Assembly (NCBI GenBank): GCA_965198175.1
Contig: OZ240245.1
Location: 4,096,001-4,160,000, forward strand
Source: Candidatus Poribacteria bacterium
Lineage (GTDB): Bacteria; Poribacteria; WGA-4E; PCPOR2b
Direction: 5' to 3'
DNA length: 64,000 bases
Shown here: positions 20,155-31,500 of the stretch, piece after piece
Numbering within the stretch: the first letter of the stretch is position 1
Layout of the letters: every line of letters starts with the position of its first letter
The notes under the pieces: generated by a model
What the model was told of the DNA's origin: nothing
The model's database searches: none
The model's input: only the letters and a program-made list of their open reading frames with translations
Translations under genes and position numbers: made by a program

Positions 20155-21021
20155 CTACCGTGTTGGCTGATTTGTTAATTCTGCAATGCCGTTCGCAAGG
20201 GCGGCAAATTCCGAAATGTTCAATGTTTCGCCCCGTCGGCGTGGATCAATTGCGAGTTGGTCAAAAATGTCATCCAGCGCTTCAGCGGTGATAGGAACGT
20301 CATTTTTCAGCAGCGCGTTTCGCAACATTTTCCGGCGGGCTTGGAACGAAGCACGAACAATCCGAAAGAATAACGCTTCATCGGTAACGACGACCTTCGG
20401 TGCATCGCGTATCTTGAACTTAACAATTGCGGATTCGACCTGTGGAGCGGGATAAAAGCAATCCGGTGGAAGAACCTGAACAATCTCAGCTTCGGCGTAG
20501 TAAGAAATCCCAATAGTAAGCGCCCCGTAGGTTTTGCGCCCCGGTAATGCAACAATCCGCTCAGCAACCTCCTTTTGCATCATTAGGACACAGATACCTA
20601 TCTGTCTATGGTGCCCCAATAACTTCCAGAGAATTGGGGTCGTTATGGAATAGGGTAGATTTGCGATGACTTTTGTGTTGGTTCGAGGGAATTGATTGAG
20701 CAGAGTGGAGAGATTTACTTTGAGAACATCCCCATGAATCAATGTGACCTTCGGACAATCTAAGAATTTACGCTGTAATTCCCGATATAAAACGTTGTCG
20801 AACTCAATCGCAATGACCCGCTTGGCGTTGGCTGTGAGTGCCGACGTCAGAAAACCCAACCCCGCTCCGATCTCCAATGCAAAATCTGCGTCCGTAAATC
20901 CCGAAACATCTACGATCTTTTCAAAGATGTTTGGGTCGATTAAAAAATTCTGACCCAGCCTTTTTCTGGGGCGAGTTCCGGTGCGGGCGAGAAATTCACG
21001 TACTCGTTGATAGTAGGTCAT
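20155..21021 (-). CDS. rsmA: 16S rRNA adenine dimethyltransferase
   Basis: KRLGQNFL, LEIGAGLG, IANLPYSITTP, QKEVAER, RRKMLRN. Confidence 0.97.
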   Translation of the reverse strand: MTYYQRVREFLARTGTRPRKRLGQNFLIDPNIFEKIVDVSGFTDADFALEIGAGLGFLTSALTANAKRVIAIEFDNVLYRELQRKFLDCPKVTLIHGDVLKVNLSTLLNQFPRTNTKVIANLPYSITTPILWKLLGHHRQIGICVLMMQKEVAERIVALPGRKTYGALTIGISYYAEAEIVQVLPPDCFYPAPQVESAIVKFKIRDAPKVVVTDEALFFRIVRASFQARRKMLRNALLKNDVPITAEALDDIFDQLAIDPRRRGETLNISEFAALANGIAELTNQPTR

Positions 21022-21276
21022 CTTCAGTCCAAAGATTGGCTCATGTTACGAAATCGTGCAATAGAGGGGGTGACTTCATGAACCATGATACTCTATTTTG
21101 ACCCAGTACCACTGAGACTGTCAAGTGCAAAAAACCTTTCTCACAGCGTGTACAGGCCTACAATTCGTCAGGTCTTTGATGCCCTGACACTTGGTTTTGA
21201 TATTTCGGTCTAATTGTGTTATTATTTCCGTGTACTGTTGTGTGCACATTCCCCTTATTTTACGCATTGTGAAAAC

Positions 21277-22170
21277 ATGATAATAGGTATCCTCTCCCTC
21301 GCCAGTCAAAACCATGCGACCTACCGATTGGTTGAGTCCGCCGTTGCGTTGGGTCATACTCCACACGTCCTCAATCCATTTAGGTTTTATCTGCACGTTG
21401 GCAGCAAAGGGAGACAGATTTACTACGAAAATAACCCCGTCGAAGACTTCGATGTCGTCTTGCCCCGTCTGAGCTCCTCCACAGCGAAATACGGTGAGGA
21501 GGTCGTTGCTCACTTTGAATGGGTCGGCATCCCCGTGATTAACCGGGCGCAATCAATTGCAAACGCTCGTAACAAATTCCGCACTCTCCGTATTCTCGCT
21601 CAACACGGCTTGCCGGTTCCGCCAAGTTTTACCGCCGGTTCAGCTCAATTTTTGGATCGAAGCATCCGTGAAACGGGGGAATACCCGTTCATCATGAAGC
21701 CGTTTGAAGGAACGCACGGGAAAGCCTTTCTGCTCCTCGACACACGAACCTCCCTCACCTCAGCCGTCGATGCAATGTGCGATCTTCATCAAGATTACGT
21801 CATTCAGCCTTTCATCAAGGAGTCTTTAGGTAAAGATGTGCGCGTAATTGTTGTCGGCGGAAAGGTAGTTGCCGCGATGCAGCGAACGGCGCCGGCTGGG
21901 GAATATAGAACAAACATCCATCGCGGCGGCGAGGGACATCCAATCCATCTCCAAGACGAATATATTGAGACGGCGATTCGCGCCACCGAAGCCATAGCAC
22001 TAGAGGTCGCAGGGGTAGATCTGTTGCAAACATCCGCAGGTCCGATAGTATTAGAGGTCAATCCATCGCCGGGCTTTGAGGAGGTCGAAGCAGCGACCGG
22101 CATCAAGGTGGCAGAGGCTATTATTGCGTTTGCGGAGGAATATTCTCAGAAGGTAAAACGGGAAAGATGA
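21277..22170 (+). CDS. rimK: RimK-family ATP-grasp ligase
   Basis: ARNKFRTLRIL, YRTNIHRGG, VAGVDLL, LEVNPSPG; start at MIIGIL. Confidence 0.85.
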   Translation: MIIGILSLASQNHATYRLVESAVALGHTPHVLNPFRFYLHVGSKGRQIYYENNPVEDFDVVLPRLSSSTAKYGEEVVAHFEWVGIPVINRAQSIANARNKFRTLRILAQHGLPVPPSFTAGSAQFLDRSIRETGEYPFIMKPFEGTHGKAFLLLDTRTSLTSAVDAMCDLHQDYVIQPFIKESLGKDVRVIVVGGKVVAAMQRTAPAGEYRTNIHRGGEGHPIHLQDEYIETAIRATEAIALEVAGVDLLQTSAGPIVLEVNPSPGFEEVEAATGIKVAEAIIAFAEEYSQKVKRER

Positions 22171-22443
22171 GCCCTTCTTCGCCACAATGATTGAACCCGT
22201 GAGCGTTTTGCGACTATGAGTTATTGCGTTCGACCCTTCACGTTGGATCGCAGCTATGCCGCAAGCGGGTACAAGATCCTCACCCAATGCGTGACATTGA
22301 TTCGTCCCCTTTTTTGTATCCAACATCCAATTACAGTCGTTTGTATGGCAAAGTTGAACTGCGACGCAATGTTCAGAAAAAAGGGAACGCTGTATCGCGC
22401 AATAGCGTATTACGACAAACAAGTCAGAAGTGGAGCTTGTACC

Positions 22444-24906
22444 ATGAAAATTCACAACAATCTCACAGTATTTATGCGATTGGCATTGGTAATATTCATC
22501 TTTTCTATTGGGTTCGCATCAATTGGGTTGACAGATTCAGACTTCGAGAATCGCCGCCGAATTTTCGTTGGAACAAACGTACGGGCACTCGGTATGGGGA
22601 GCGCATTCACCGCTGGACCATCGGCAAGTGATAGCCATTTTTGGAATCCTTCAGCACTAGGCTTTTTGAAAGGCGCAGAGGCATCACTGGTCGGATTGCC
22701 GTTCTCGGAAACGGCTGGAAATCGAGAAGGTGCCTTTTCATTTGCACTCAATCCGCATGAATTAGGGATTGCAAGGGAAAATATCGGAAATATGTCCATT
22801 TCCTCTTGGTTTGATGGATGGGGAAACGATGATGAACTGAACCGACTCATGATGGTGGGATATGGTCTCTCGTTAGGGCGAGAAGTTGCAACCGGCGCGA
22901 CGATTCGTCATCATCGTCGGAACAGCTCATTACGAACGCAGCTCGGATGGAGTTTCGATCTAGGTCTTTCATTTTCACGGAAATTGCCTCGCGTAGGGCG
23001 CCAAATCGCCTTCGGCTTAGCTTTTGAAGATTTGGGGGGACACTTCTGGGAAAATGGTCGACTCGTCGAAAAGATGGCGCCAGTAACGCGACTCGGAACG
23101 ACATATCACCTCGACAACAACACCATCTTTTCCGGCGATATCGTCCTCCACAACGATAAACAACATAATTGGCAGGACCGCTTTCGAACGCATCTTGGTG
23201 CAGAAAGATGGCTATTCAATAATCGGCTTGGGCTCCGCATCGGATATACCGGTATCGCTAACTACGACCGATTCACAGAAGGTGAATGGTCGAGAGGATT
23301 TGGGGTTCGCAGCGAATCTGGACAGCTTGACTATGCCTATGTCAATGGTAATGAATTGGATCAGGGAATCCATTGGATTTCAGCAACGATACGCTGGGGC
23401 GGCACCAACAAAACTCCGGTCCCTCAATCACCAATCGCAACGGCGACAGAAGTAAAACCGATAGAACTGACGGAACCGACGCAAATCCTGATGCCCCAAC
23501 AAATTCAAACGAGTCTTCGGATTTCGGAAGAAGCTATCTCGCCGAATGGTGATGGGGTCAGAGATTTGGCGGTCTTTGATATTGATGTGACTGGAGATAC
23601 CGCTTGGCAATTAGAAATTCGGGATGAATTTCGCGAATTGGTTCAGACCTATTCTGGCACCGGAAAACCGATGAAAGCCGTCGAGTGGGATGGAAAGGAT
23701 GTACATGGGAACCTCGCGCGCGATGGACGGTACATCGTCCAACTTATCTATTCAGATGAGGCGGGCAATCGACTTCCGCAACGCAAAATGACAGTGATTG
23801 TTGATACGATCCCTGCTGCGCTCAAGGTGTCCGCGGAACCGCTGATTCTATCGACACAAGCAGGCACCCATCCTCATGATGAATTCGCAAGCAACGACTT
23901 GGTTGTCAACGTGCCGACCGTCCACGTGCAGGCTTCAGACCTGAATCCGATTGGGCATTGGGAGCTTCAGTTCTTCAACGATACCGGCAGCGCTATTGAC
24001 CAAATCAAGGGAGAGGGCGATCCACCGAACACGATGGTTTGGAATAACTGGCGCCAGCATGAACTACCCACAGGCGCCGATCCCCAATACCGATGCGGAC
24101 TCACGGTCCACGATTTCGCGGGGAATCGGGCAACCCACGAGACAACGTTTGCGTTTATTGATTTAAAGGGAGGGCTTGACCAGAGGCAAGCAACAGATGA
24201 ACACAACGTAAAACGCGAACTGGTTCTGACGATGCCGGAGTTGGCATTCGACTCAAACTCGTTCGAAATCAATGACGAGTCTCGACCGTCACTTGAAAGG
24301 GTCGTAGAAGCACTCGGCGCTAACCCGCTTGCTCGGGCTGTTATTGAAGGACACACCGATGATCGCGGCGACGCTGGCTACAACCGTGAGTTGTCTCGAA
24401 AACGTGCGAATGCAGTCATGACTTATCTTGTCGACGAATTCAGCATCCAACCATCGCGGTTGTCGGCTATCGGTTATGGCGAAGAACGTCCCATCACCGA
24501 CAACGACACAGAGACGAATCAACAAAAAAATCGGCGCGTCGAGATTGTAGTACTCAAAGACGAGGCGGATTCACAAGAACAGGTGAACGCGCAGGTTTCT
24601 TCAACTCAACCCGCCACTCAACAAACTCCTAAAGAGGCGATTGAGGCTGAATCCGCTTACCCTCCAAGGTACACACTGCTAGTAAGTTCATTCAAAAGCC
24701 GAGGGAACGCTCAAGTACTCGTTGAGCTATTAGAAGCGCTAGATCTGGGTGAAGCGGTCCGCCTTGCTCCGGTGATGATTCAATCTGAACAGTGGTATCG
24801 TGTGACTGTCGGTCAGTTTAGCGATAAGGCAGACGCTGCGGAACTTATCGACCAAATCAAAGCATCACATGAGCTTGAGCCACTAATCATTACAGACACA
24901 GGTTAA
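22444..24906 (+). CDS. Outer-membrane protein: PorV/FadL-like barrel + FlgD-like domains + OmpA + SPOR
   Basis: RALGMGSAFTA/FWNPSALG; ISPNGDGVRD/WDGKD; IEGHTDDRG..YNRELSRKRA..NRRVEI; C-terminal SPOR (WYRVTVG). Start reassigned to the signal peptide. Confidence 0.85.
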   Translation: MKIHNNLTVFMRLALVIFIFSIGFASIGLTDSDFENRRRIFVGTNVRALGMGSAFTAGPSASDSHFWNPSALGFLKGAEASLVGLPFSETAGNREGAFSFALNPHELGIARENIGNMSISSWFDGWGNDDELNRLMMVGYGLSLGREVATGATIRHHRRNSSLRTQLGWSFDLGLSFSRKLPRVGRQIAFGLAFEDLGGHFWENGRLVEKMAPVTRLGTTYHLDNNTIFSGDIVLHNDKQHNWQDRFRTHLGAERWLFNNRLGLRIGYTGIANYDRFTEGEWSRGFGVRSESGQLDYAYVNGNELDQGIHWISATIRWGGTNKTPVPQSPIATATEVKPIELTEPTQILMPQQIQTSLRISEEAISPNGDGVRDLAVFDIDVTGDTAWQLEIRDEFRELVQTYSGTGKPMKAVEWDGKDVHGNLARDGRYIVQLIYSDEAGNRLPQRKMTVIVDTIPAALKVSAEPLILSTQAGTHPHDEFASNDLVVNVPTVHVQASDLNPIGHWELQFFNDTGSAIDQIKGEGDPPNTMVWNNWRQHELPTGADPQYRCGLTVHDFAGNRATHETTFAFIDLKGGLDQRQATDEHNVKRELVLTMPELAFDSNSFEINDESRPSLERVVEALGANPLARAVIEGHTDDRGDAGYNRELSRKRANAVMTYLVDEFSIQPSRLSAIGYGEERPITDNDTETNQQKNRRVEIVVLKDEADSQEQVNAQVSSTQPATQQTPKEAIEAESAYPPRYTLLVSSFKSRGNAQVLVELLEALDLGEAVRLAPVMIQSEQWYRVTVGQFSDKADAAELIDQIKASHELEPLIITDTG

Positions 24907-24971
24907 TCATGTTCTGCTGCCACACCCATTTCTAACAGCTCGGTTCCCATGGTGATTGTTGAACGCAACGG

Positions 24972-27794
24972 TCATTCAACAATCACCATCCGCCGCGTGG
25001 CAGAATAATTGCCGGCGGACAAGCGATAGAAATAAATCCCACTTGAAACCCGTTCACCTGTATCACTCCGACCGTTCCAGTAAGCGGCTTCATCCTTTAC
25101 TGTATACTCTCCCCTTGGTTTAAGACCTAGCTGAAGAGTCCGGATGTGGTTTCCAGCGATATCGTAGATTGAAATTTCAACATGTGCCGCCATCGCCAGC
25201 CGATAGGGAATCCACGTTTCGGGGTTGAACGGATTGGGGTAATTCTGGAGGAGCGATGAGCGCTTGATTTGCCCCAACGATGTCAGCTTATGTGAAGACG
25301 GTTCCACGGAGAACGATTCGTTGGGCAGGATGAAGTTGAGCGATCTGGGATTGAAGATATATGCCGCCCCCGCGTCACTTCCGGCTTCATCGTTCCCGGG
25401 CCCTCCAACAATGGCAAAATTTCTGCTGATGGCAACAGCAACACCGAAATGTTCATAGCGTATCGGACTGAGAGCGATAATTCTTTCCTTCCGAGTCCAG
25501 AAAAATCCGCTTCGCAAAAAGGGATATACCGACCCTTTATCAATTTCCTCCGCTGGATCATCGGTATCACGGAGTAGCGGGTGATTGTGCTTCCACGCGC
25601 CAACGAGAACTCGATTGCCATTTATGGCGACAGCGACTCCGAATTCATCCGCTAACCCGGCGTCGTCAGCGACAATCTTTTCGTCCTGGATCCAGTCCCC
25701 ATCGCTACGAATAAAGATATACGCCGATCCGGCGTCGATTTCAGCATGATCGTCCTTGCGCGCCCCGACGATGAGCAAATTATCGTGGATGGCTACCGCG
25801 AACCCGAATTCATCCTCGATTCCCCCATCATCGGGGTGCAGTTTAATTTGTTGCGTCCAACGTGTGCCGTTGCGCGTAAAGACATAGGCGGCACCAGAAT
25901 TAGGGCCAGCGGCGTCATTTTGATGAGCCCCGACGATAGCAGTATCGCCGCTAATCGAAACAGAGAATCCGAACAGATCCCTTGTAATGGCGTCATCACT
26001 GGTGAGTTTGGCTTGCTGCGTCCAGCCATTTCCGTTACTCATGAAGATGTATGCTGCGCCGGAATTCTCTCCGGCGTTATCACTGCCAGATGCACCGACA
26101 ATGGCGGTTGTGCCGTCAATAGCAACAGAAGCGCCAAACTGGTCAAACATCCTTGTGTCGTCAGCAATGAGTTTCGCCTCCTGAATCCAATTGATACCTT
26201 GACGCATGAAGACATAAGCGGCGCCAGCGCTGGGACCCTTGTCACCGTCGCCACACGCGCCAATGAGGGCGATGTTACCACTGATGGAGACAGCGCATCC
26301 GAACAGATCGCCTAGAGTTGCCTTGTTAGGAGAGAGTTTCGCTTGTAGCGCCCAATTCGTACCATGACGCACAAAGACATAAGCGGCGCCAGCGTTGCTT
26401 CCGGCATCGTCATTTTCTTGGGCTCCAACGATGGCAGTGTTGCCACTGATAGATACCGCGCCTCCAAACCGGTCGTCTATTGCGGTATCCTGATCAACAA
26501 GGATTGCACGTTGCGTCCAGCCATTCTCATCAAGCCCAAAGATATAAGACACCCCAGAGTCGGGGCCACCGGCGCTATGCGATGGCGCCCCAACAATCAG
26601 AAAGTCTTCACCGATGTCAACCGCGGTTCCAAATTGATCATCCCTTTTCCCATTGCTTGCGACAAGCTGTTCTGATTGTTTCCAGAATGTTCCTTCATCG
26701 GGCACGAAGATATACGCTGCACCCACTGCCTCTGTTCCTATCTTAGTGGATTTCGAACCGATGATGATCCTCTTTCCAGTGATAGCAACGGAGTAGCCGA
26801 AGCCCGATGCTGCACTTTGGATTAGCCCTTTACCTCTTGGGTCATACGGAAACATCCGAAGTCGCACACGATTCCTGCGCTGTATCCATTCGGCACCTAC
26901 ACGCTCAAAAATATAGGCGGAACCTGTAGAGGTATTGTTTGGTGAGCCAACGACAACAATATCTCCACTGATAGCAACAGAGAATCCAAAGTTGTCTCGC
27001 GACTCTATGTTGTCCCCGACAAGTTTCGCCTGTTGCACCCAAATATCCCCGTTACGCACGAAGATATACGCCGCCCCCGAATCTTCACCTGTTGTATTGG
27101 ATCGTATTGCCCCAATGATGGCGGTATTTCCGCTTATGGCAACAGCGTAACCTAACCATTCAAATGATTTCGCATCATCGGCGATTAGTCTTGCCTGTTG
27201 AATCCAATCAGTACCGCGACGCACGAAGATATATGCACTCCCGGCATCCGCTCCAGGCGCGTTGCTCCGGTAAGATCCAATGATAACAGTATCCCGATCC
27301 ATTTGGACCGAGAATCCAAATAGGTCTTCTGGCTCTCCGTCGGAAGGGGTTAATTTTGCCTGTAGTACCCAACCGGTCTGTTTACGAAAATAAACGTACG
27401 CTGCACCTGCCTCTGGTCCTAGTGTTGAATCTCCCGGCGCACCTACAATGGCGTAATCTCCACTCATAGAAACGCTCGATCCAAATTTGTCGCCCGGCGC
27501 TGCATCACTAGCCGTGAGTTTCACCTGCCGAATCCAACCTCTTGCGCTCAGAGAGAAAATTTGTGCCGTGCCTGAGTCTCCGATTGGTCCCGGTGCTCCG
27601 ACAATGGCATATTCTCCACTGATGGAGACGCTGTGCCCCAAACTGTCGCGACTTACCGAATCACCAGACCTGATTTTGACAATGTCTGCGTACGTATCAT
27701 TCACTTGTACAATGCTAAAAAACAGAAAGATAAGAGCAGTTATTTTGAGAGTGTTACCTGAATATGGATAGGAACATTTCTTGCCATTTGCCAT
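24972..27794 (-). CDS. Secreted FG-GAP repeat protein with C-terminal FlgD-like sorting domain
   Basis: 14 FG.SV.ISG...VGA repeats (two 7-blade propellers); QNYPNPFNPETWIPY...SGIYFYRL. Confidence 0.92.
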   Translation of the reverse strand: MANGKKCSYPYSGNTLKITALIFLFFSIVQVNDTYADIVKIRSGDSVSRDSLGHSVSISGEYAIVGAPGPIGDSGTAQIFSLSARGWIRQVKLTASDAAPGDKFGSSVSMSGDYAIVGAPGDSTLGPEAGAAYVYFRKQTGWVLQAKLTPSDGEPEDLFGFSVQMDRDTVIIGSYRSNAPGADAGSAYIFVRRGTDWIQQARLIADDAKSFEWLGYAVAISGNTAIIGAIRSNTTGEDSGAAYIFVRNGDIWVQQAKLVGDNIESRDNFGFSVAISGDIVVVGSPNNTSTGSAYIFERVGAEWIQRRNRVRLRMFPYDPRGKGLIQSAASGFGYSVAITGKRIIIGSKSTKIGTEAVGAAYIFVPDEGTFWKQSEQLVASNGKRDDQFGTAVDIGEDFLIVGAPSHSAGGPDSGVSYIFGLDENGWTQRAILVDQDTAIDDRFGGAVSISGNTAIVGAQENDDAGSNAGAAYVFVRHGTNWALQAKLSPNKATLGDLFGCAVSISGNIALIGACGDGDKGPSAGAAYVFMRQGINWIQEAKLIADDTRMFDQFGASVAIDGTTAIVGASGSDNAGENSGAAYIFMSNGNGWTQQAKLTSDDAITRDLFGFSVSISGDTAIVGAHQNDAAGPNSGAAYVFTRNGTRWTQQIKLHPDDGGIEDEFGFAVAIHDNLLIVGARKDDHAEIDAGSAYIFIRSDGDWIQDEKIVADDAGLADEFGVAVAINGNRVLVGAWKHNHPLLRDTDDPAEEIDKGSVYPFLRSGFFWTRKERIIALSPIRYEHFGVAVAISRNFAIVGGPGNDEAGSDAGAAYIFNPRSLNFILPNESFSVEPSSHKLTSLGQIKRSSLLQNYPNPFNPETWIPYRLAMAAHVEISIYDIAGNHIRTLQLGLKPRGEYTVKDEAAYWNGRSDTGERVSSGIYFYRLSAGNYSATRRMVIVE

Positions 27795-27934
27795 ATACTA
27801 TAATCCTTTTTGGAATGTAATTGTTAATCTGATGAACACCTTAATCATTTCCTGGCTTTTGCAGACAACTTTGGTTCTTCTGGTGATAATATTACTGTAG
27901 TGACGAGTGGTTGAATTAGTAAGGGTAATCTGCT

Positions 27935-28035
27935 TCCTTTACTTTTGTCGTATAGTTTTTGGAATGTTAAAGCATCACGACGACCGACACCCCAGGCAAT
28001 TGTTCGCCTTGTAGGCTCGCAATCCACCGCCCTCT
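27935..28035 (-). mobile_element. IS1-family transposase (InsB) fragment
   Basis: Minus frame reads RAVDCEPTRRTIAWGVGRRDALTFQKLYDK, resembling InsB after the first catalytic Asp; the rest is missing. Confidence 0.6.
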
Positions 28036-28072
28036 AGGACGGTAAACCCACAATCGGGCTCACGAGGACATA

Positions 28073-28128
28073 TGCCCGTGGTGGGGATTCAACCCACATT
28101 CTTTTCGTGTTGCACTCGCACCTCTGGA
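28073..28128 (-). pseudogene. Degenerate tRNA-Leu-like 3' half
   Basis: GTGGG-TTGAATC-CCCAC T-arm followed by CACGGGC-A acceptor strand; upstream GAGGTGCGAGTGC resembles tRNA-Leu(GAG); no 5' half. Confidence 0.35.
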
Positions 28129-28466
28129 ACGCACAACAGTTTATATTTTAGCACACTTGAAAAGAGTTTAGAGAAAAAAATGTACCAAAGATTCGGTTGC
28201 GCTATTCAAAAGTGAAACTTTGGTATAGCGCTGACGAATCGGTGTAGACGGGGCGCAATATAATTTGCTAATCTTATATGGCAACACGCTTCGTTGTAAA
28301 TCATGCCGTGTGTTTCTGTCGTCATACGAGTACAGACGTGCACTTTTTAAGACAATTCTAGCCCTAAATATAGTATACTATCAGCTTTGACAGAAGAAGT
28401 CACCGTAGACCGAAAATATAACAATAAACTTTTGGTGCATAATACAAACTAATAGCAAATTTTATG

Positions 28467-28527
28467 TTGACAGGGTGTAGTAATTCAGTTAATAATAAAC
28501 TTTCAAAGACATGAATGTTCTTTGAGA
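28467..28527 (+). promoter_or_regulatory. Promoter and leader hairpin, copy 1
   Basis: TTGACA at 28467 with weak -10 TAATAA; hairpin TTTCAAAGA-N9-TCTTTGAGA; homologous to 33029-33089. Confidence 0.55.
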
Positions 28528-28579
28528 AGACCTCGTTTTTCTGGACGCGAAATTGGTTATTGATAAGGAGACACTCTCT

Positions 28580-31500
28580 ATGCTGGAACCGTCATTTCAT
28601 ATCCGCTTGATTGGGGCTCGGAGTCACGGCATCGCATTCATCGCTCTATTGTGGACCCTCCTCGTAGGTTCTCAACACGTATACGCCCAATCGCAGCTAG
28701 CTCAAGATGCTTATTCCATATTTGAACAAAACTGCCTTAACTGCCACGGGCCCGAAGGCGCATATCGAGAAATACTGCTGATGGATTACGTCGAACTTAT
28801 CGAAGGCGGTACGGTTGTTCCGGGCAACCCCAACGCCTCCGATTTGTATAAACGCCTGCTTGGTCCCACTGAGGATGGGGGGTTACAGATGCCGTTTGGA
28901 ACGGATCCTTTGCCCACTCAATCCATTGATGCCATTCGACGCTGGATATTGGCTGGTGCGCCCGATTGGGCAGCAGCGCCCATAACCGATAGGCCCTTCA
29001 TTTCTCCTGATGAAATCCTTGATGCCATTGAATTCCACCTCATGTCGCTTGCACCTTTTGACCGTGCCTACGCCCGCTACTTGACGCTTACTCATCTCTA
29101 TAACGCCGGTGAGCGGGTGGAATTGCTTCAAGAATACCGCAAAGCGCTCTCCAAACTAATCAATAGCCTCTCATGGGGGGTTGAAGTCACCAACCCACAA
29201 CCCATTGACGCGCAACAGACGATTTTCTACATCGATCTACGCCACTACGAGTGGGACGTAAATGAGAGCTGGGCTAAGATAGAAGATGTGTATCCCTATC
29301 ATACCTCGTTTGGCACACCCGCACAGACCGCGCTGCGGGAACAACTGGATCGGTTACAGACGGAGATGAACTGTGTCATACCTTCGGTTCACATTGACTG
29401 GTTTCTTGCGGCTGCATCTAGCCCGCCGCTCTACCACGACCTGCTTTCTCTACCACTTACGGATAGCGAGTTGGAAACGCTATTGGAAGTAAATGTCGAG
29501 AGAAACCTTGTCAATGCGCCGGGGGTTCGCGTCTGGCGGGCGGGATTCAACAATTCGGGCGTCTCTAACAACAACCGAGTAGTAGAACGGCATACCTCTC
29601 GATATGGGGCGTATTGGAAAAGCTACGACTTTGCCACAAGTACCGGAACAAAGAACATCTTTACACACCCGCTCAATTTCACGCGGGATGGCGGGGAGAT
29701 GATATTCAACTTGCCCAACGGTTTGCAAGCATACTTGATTGTCGATGCGTTTGGTGTCCGGTTGGATGAAGCGCCGATAAACATCGTTTCCAACCCTGCG
29801 GCGAGCGACCCGACGGTGCGGAACGGGATTTCTTGTTTCGGCTGCCACACGGAGGGTATGAATTCCTTTGAAGACCAAGTGCGTTCAGCGATTGAGAGTC
29901 ACACCAACCCGCCTTACGACAAAGAGCAAGCGCTACGGCTCTACGTTGAAAAGGCAGACATGGATGCCCGCGTAGAGGAAGATACGACGCGGTACCGTGT
30001 CGCGCTTGAAGCTACGGGCGGACAGTTTGGCGAGGTTGAACCGATTTCACGTTTCCACGAGGTGTTTCAGGGACCTGTGGACGCGGCATATGCCGCTGCC
30101 GTGGTTGGGTTGGCGACCGAGACCTTCCTACAAAAGGTTCGTGAAAATATGGCGTTACAGAACTTGGGTTTGTTAGCCTTAGATGCTGTGAACGGGAGCG
30201 TGAAGCGGGACGCTTGGACATCTAGTTTTCGAGATGTGATGTACGTCATAGAGGGTGGAGAGCCTTCAGTTGTGACGCCGCCCGATGAGTTGCCGGGGGC
30301 GCATGTCAGTATTCCGGATTCTAATCTGCGCGCAGCCATTGCGGAAACGCTTGGCAAAAGCGCCAATGCTCCGATTACCGTGGAGGAAATGGGAAAGCTG
30401 AGAATCCTTGATTTGCGGCACAACAGTGTGCAGGATTTGACAGGGTTGCAGCATGCAACAAAGCTAACTCGGTTAAGTATTCCTCACAATCAGGTATCCG
30501 ACCTATCGCCTGTGAAGGGGTTAACGAATCTCACACACCTAGATGTTGGTGATAATCAGGTATCCGACCTATCGCAGGTTGCAGGATTGATAGATCTGGA
30601 GTTTTTATCTATTTGGGGTAACAACATATCCGACCTGTCGCCGATCACAGGCTTAATCGAATTGCGCGAACTCTGGGCTCGTCACAATCAGGCATCCGAC
30701 CTATCGCCTGTGAAGGGGTTAACGAATCTCACACACCTAGAGGTTGGTGATAATCAGGTGTCCGATATATCGCCCGTGAGGAACTTGAAAAACCTCACGG
30801 CGTTGCACATTTACAGAAATCAGGTATCCGACATATCTGCTGTGAGGGATTTAACGAATCTCACGCACCTAGACGTTGGTGATAATCAGGTGTCCGACAT
30901 ATCGCCCGTGAGGAACTTGAAAAACCTCACGGCGTTGCACATTTACAGAAATCAGGTATCCGACATACTGCCCTTTGCAGGGTTAACCGGGTTAAATAGA
31001 TCAGATCTTGGACAAAATGACATACAGGATATATCGTCCCTTGCGGGGTTAATCAACTTGACATGGCTAAATGTTGGAGATAACGACATCTCGAACCCAA
31101 CGCCGCTTGCAGGGCTAACCAACTTAACATGGTTAAGCGTCTATAACAATCAAATCTCGGATATATCGACACTCGCAGGGCTAACCGGGTTAAATCATCT
31201 GGATATTGGAAGCAATCAAATCTCGGATGTATCGCCACTCGCAGGGCTAACCAACTTGAAATGGTTAGGCGTCCATATCAATCAAATCTCGGATGTATCG
31301 CCACTCGCAGGGCTAACCAACTTGAAATGGTTGGGGGTCTATAACAATGAAATCACTGACCTTTCGCCTCTCGCTGGGTTACGAGAAAATACAACAGTCC
31401 TTTCTCACGGCAATCCGGGGTTCCCCACCGACGCTCCGAAAATAGAGGGACCCTGGTTATGGGTCGTAGTACCGGATACAAGACTCCTCTCGGGCACAGA

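Noticed and set aside
22216..22443. N-terminal extensions in the ORF track (also at 3174, 21214, 52509, 63146)
   Set aside because: Downstream starts fit signal peptides, SD sites or family N-termini better
28025..28043. IS200/IS605-type end hairpin ACCGTCC-TAGA-GGGCGGT
   Set aside because: Overlaps the IS1 coding remnant, and there is no tnpA/tnpB nearby
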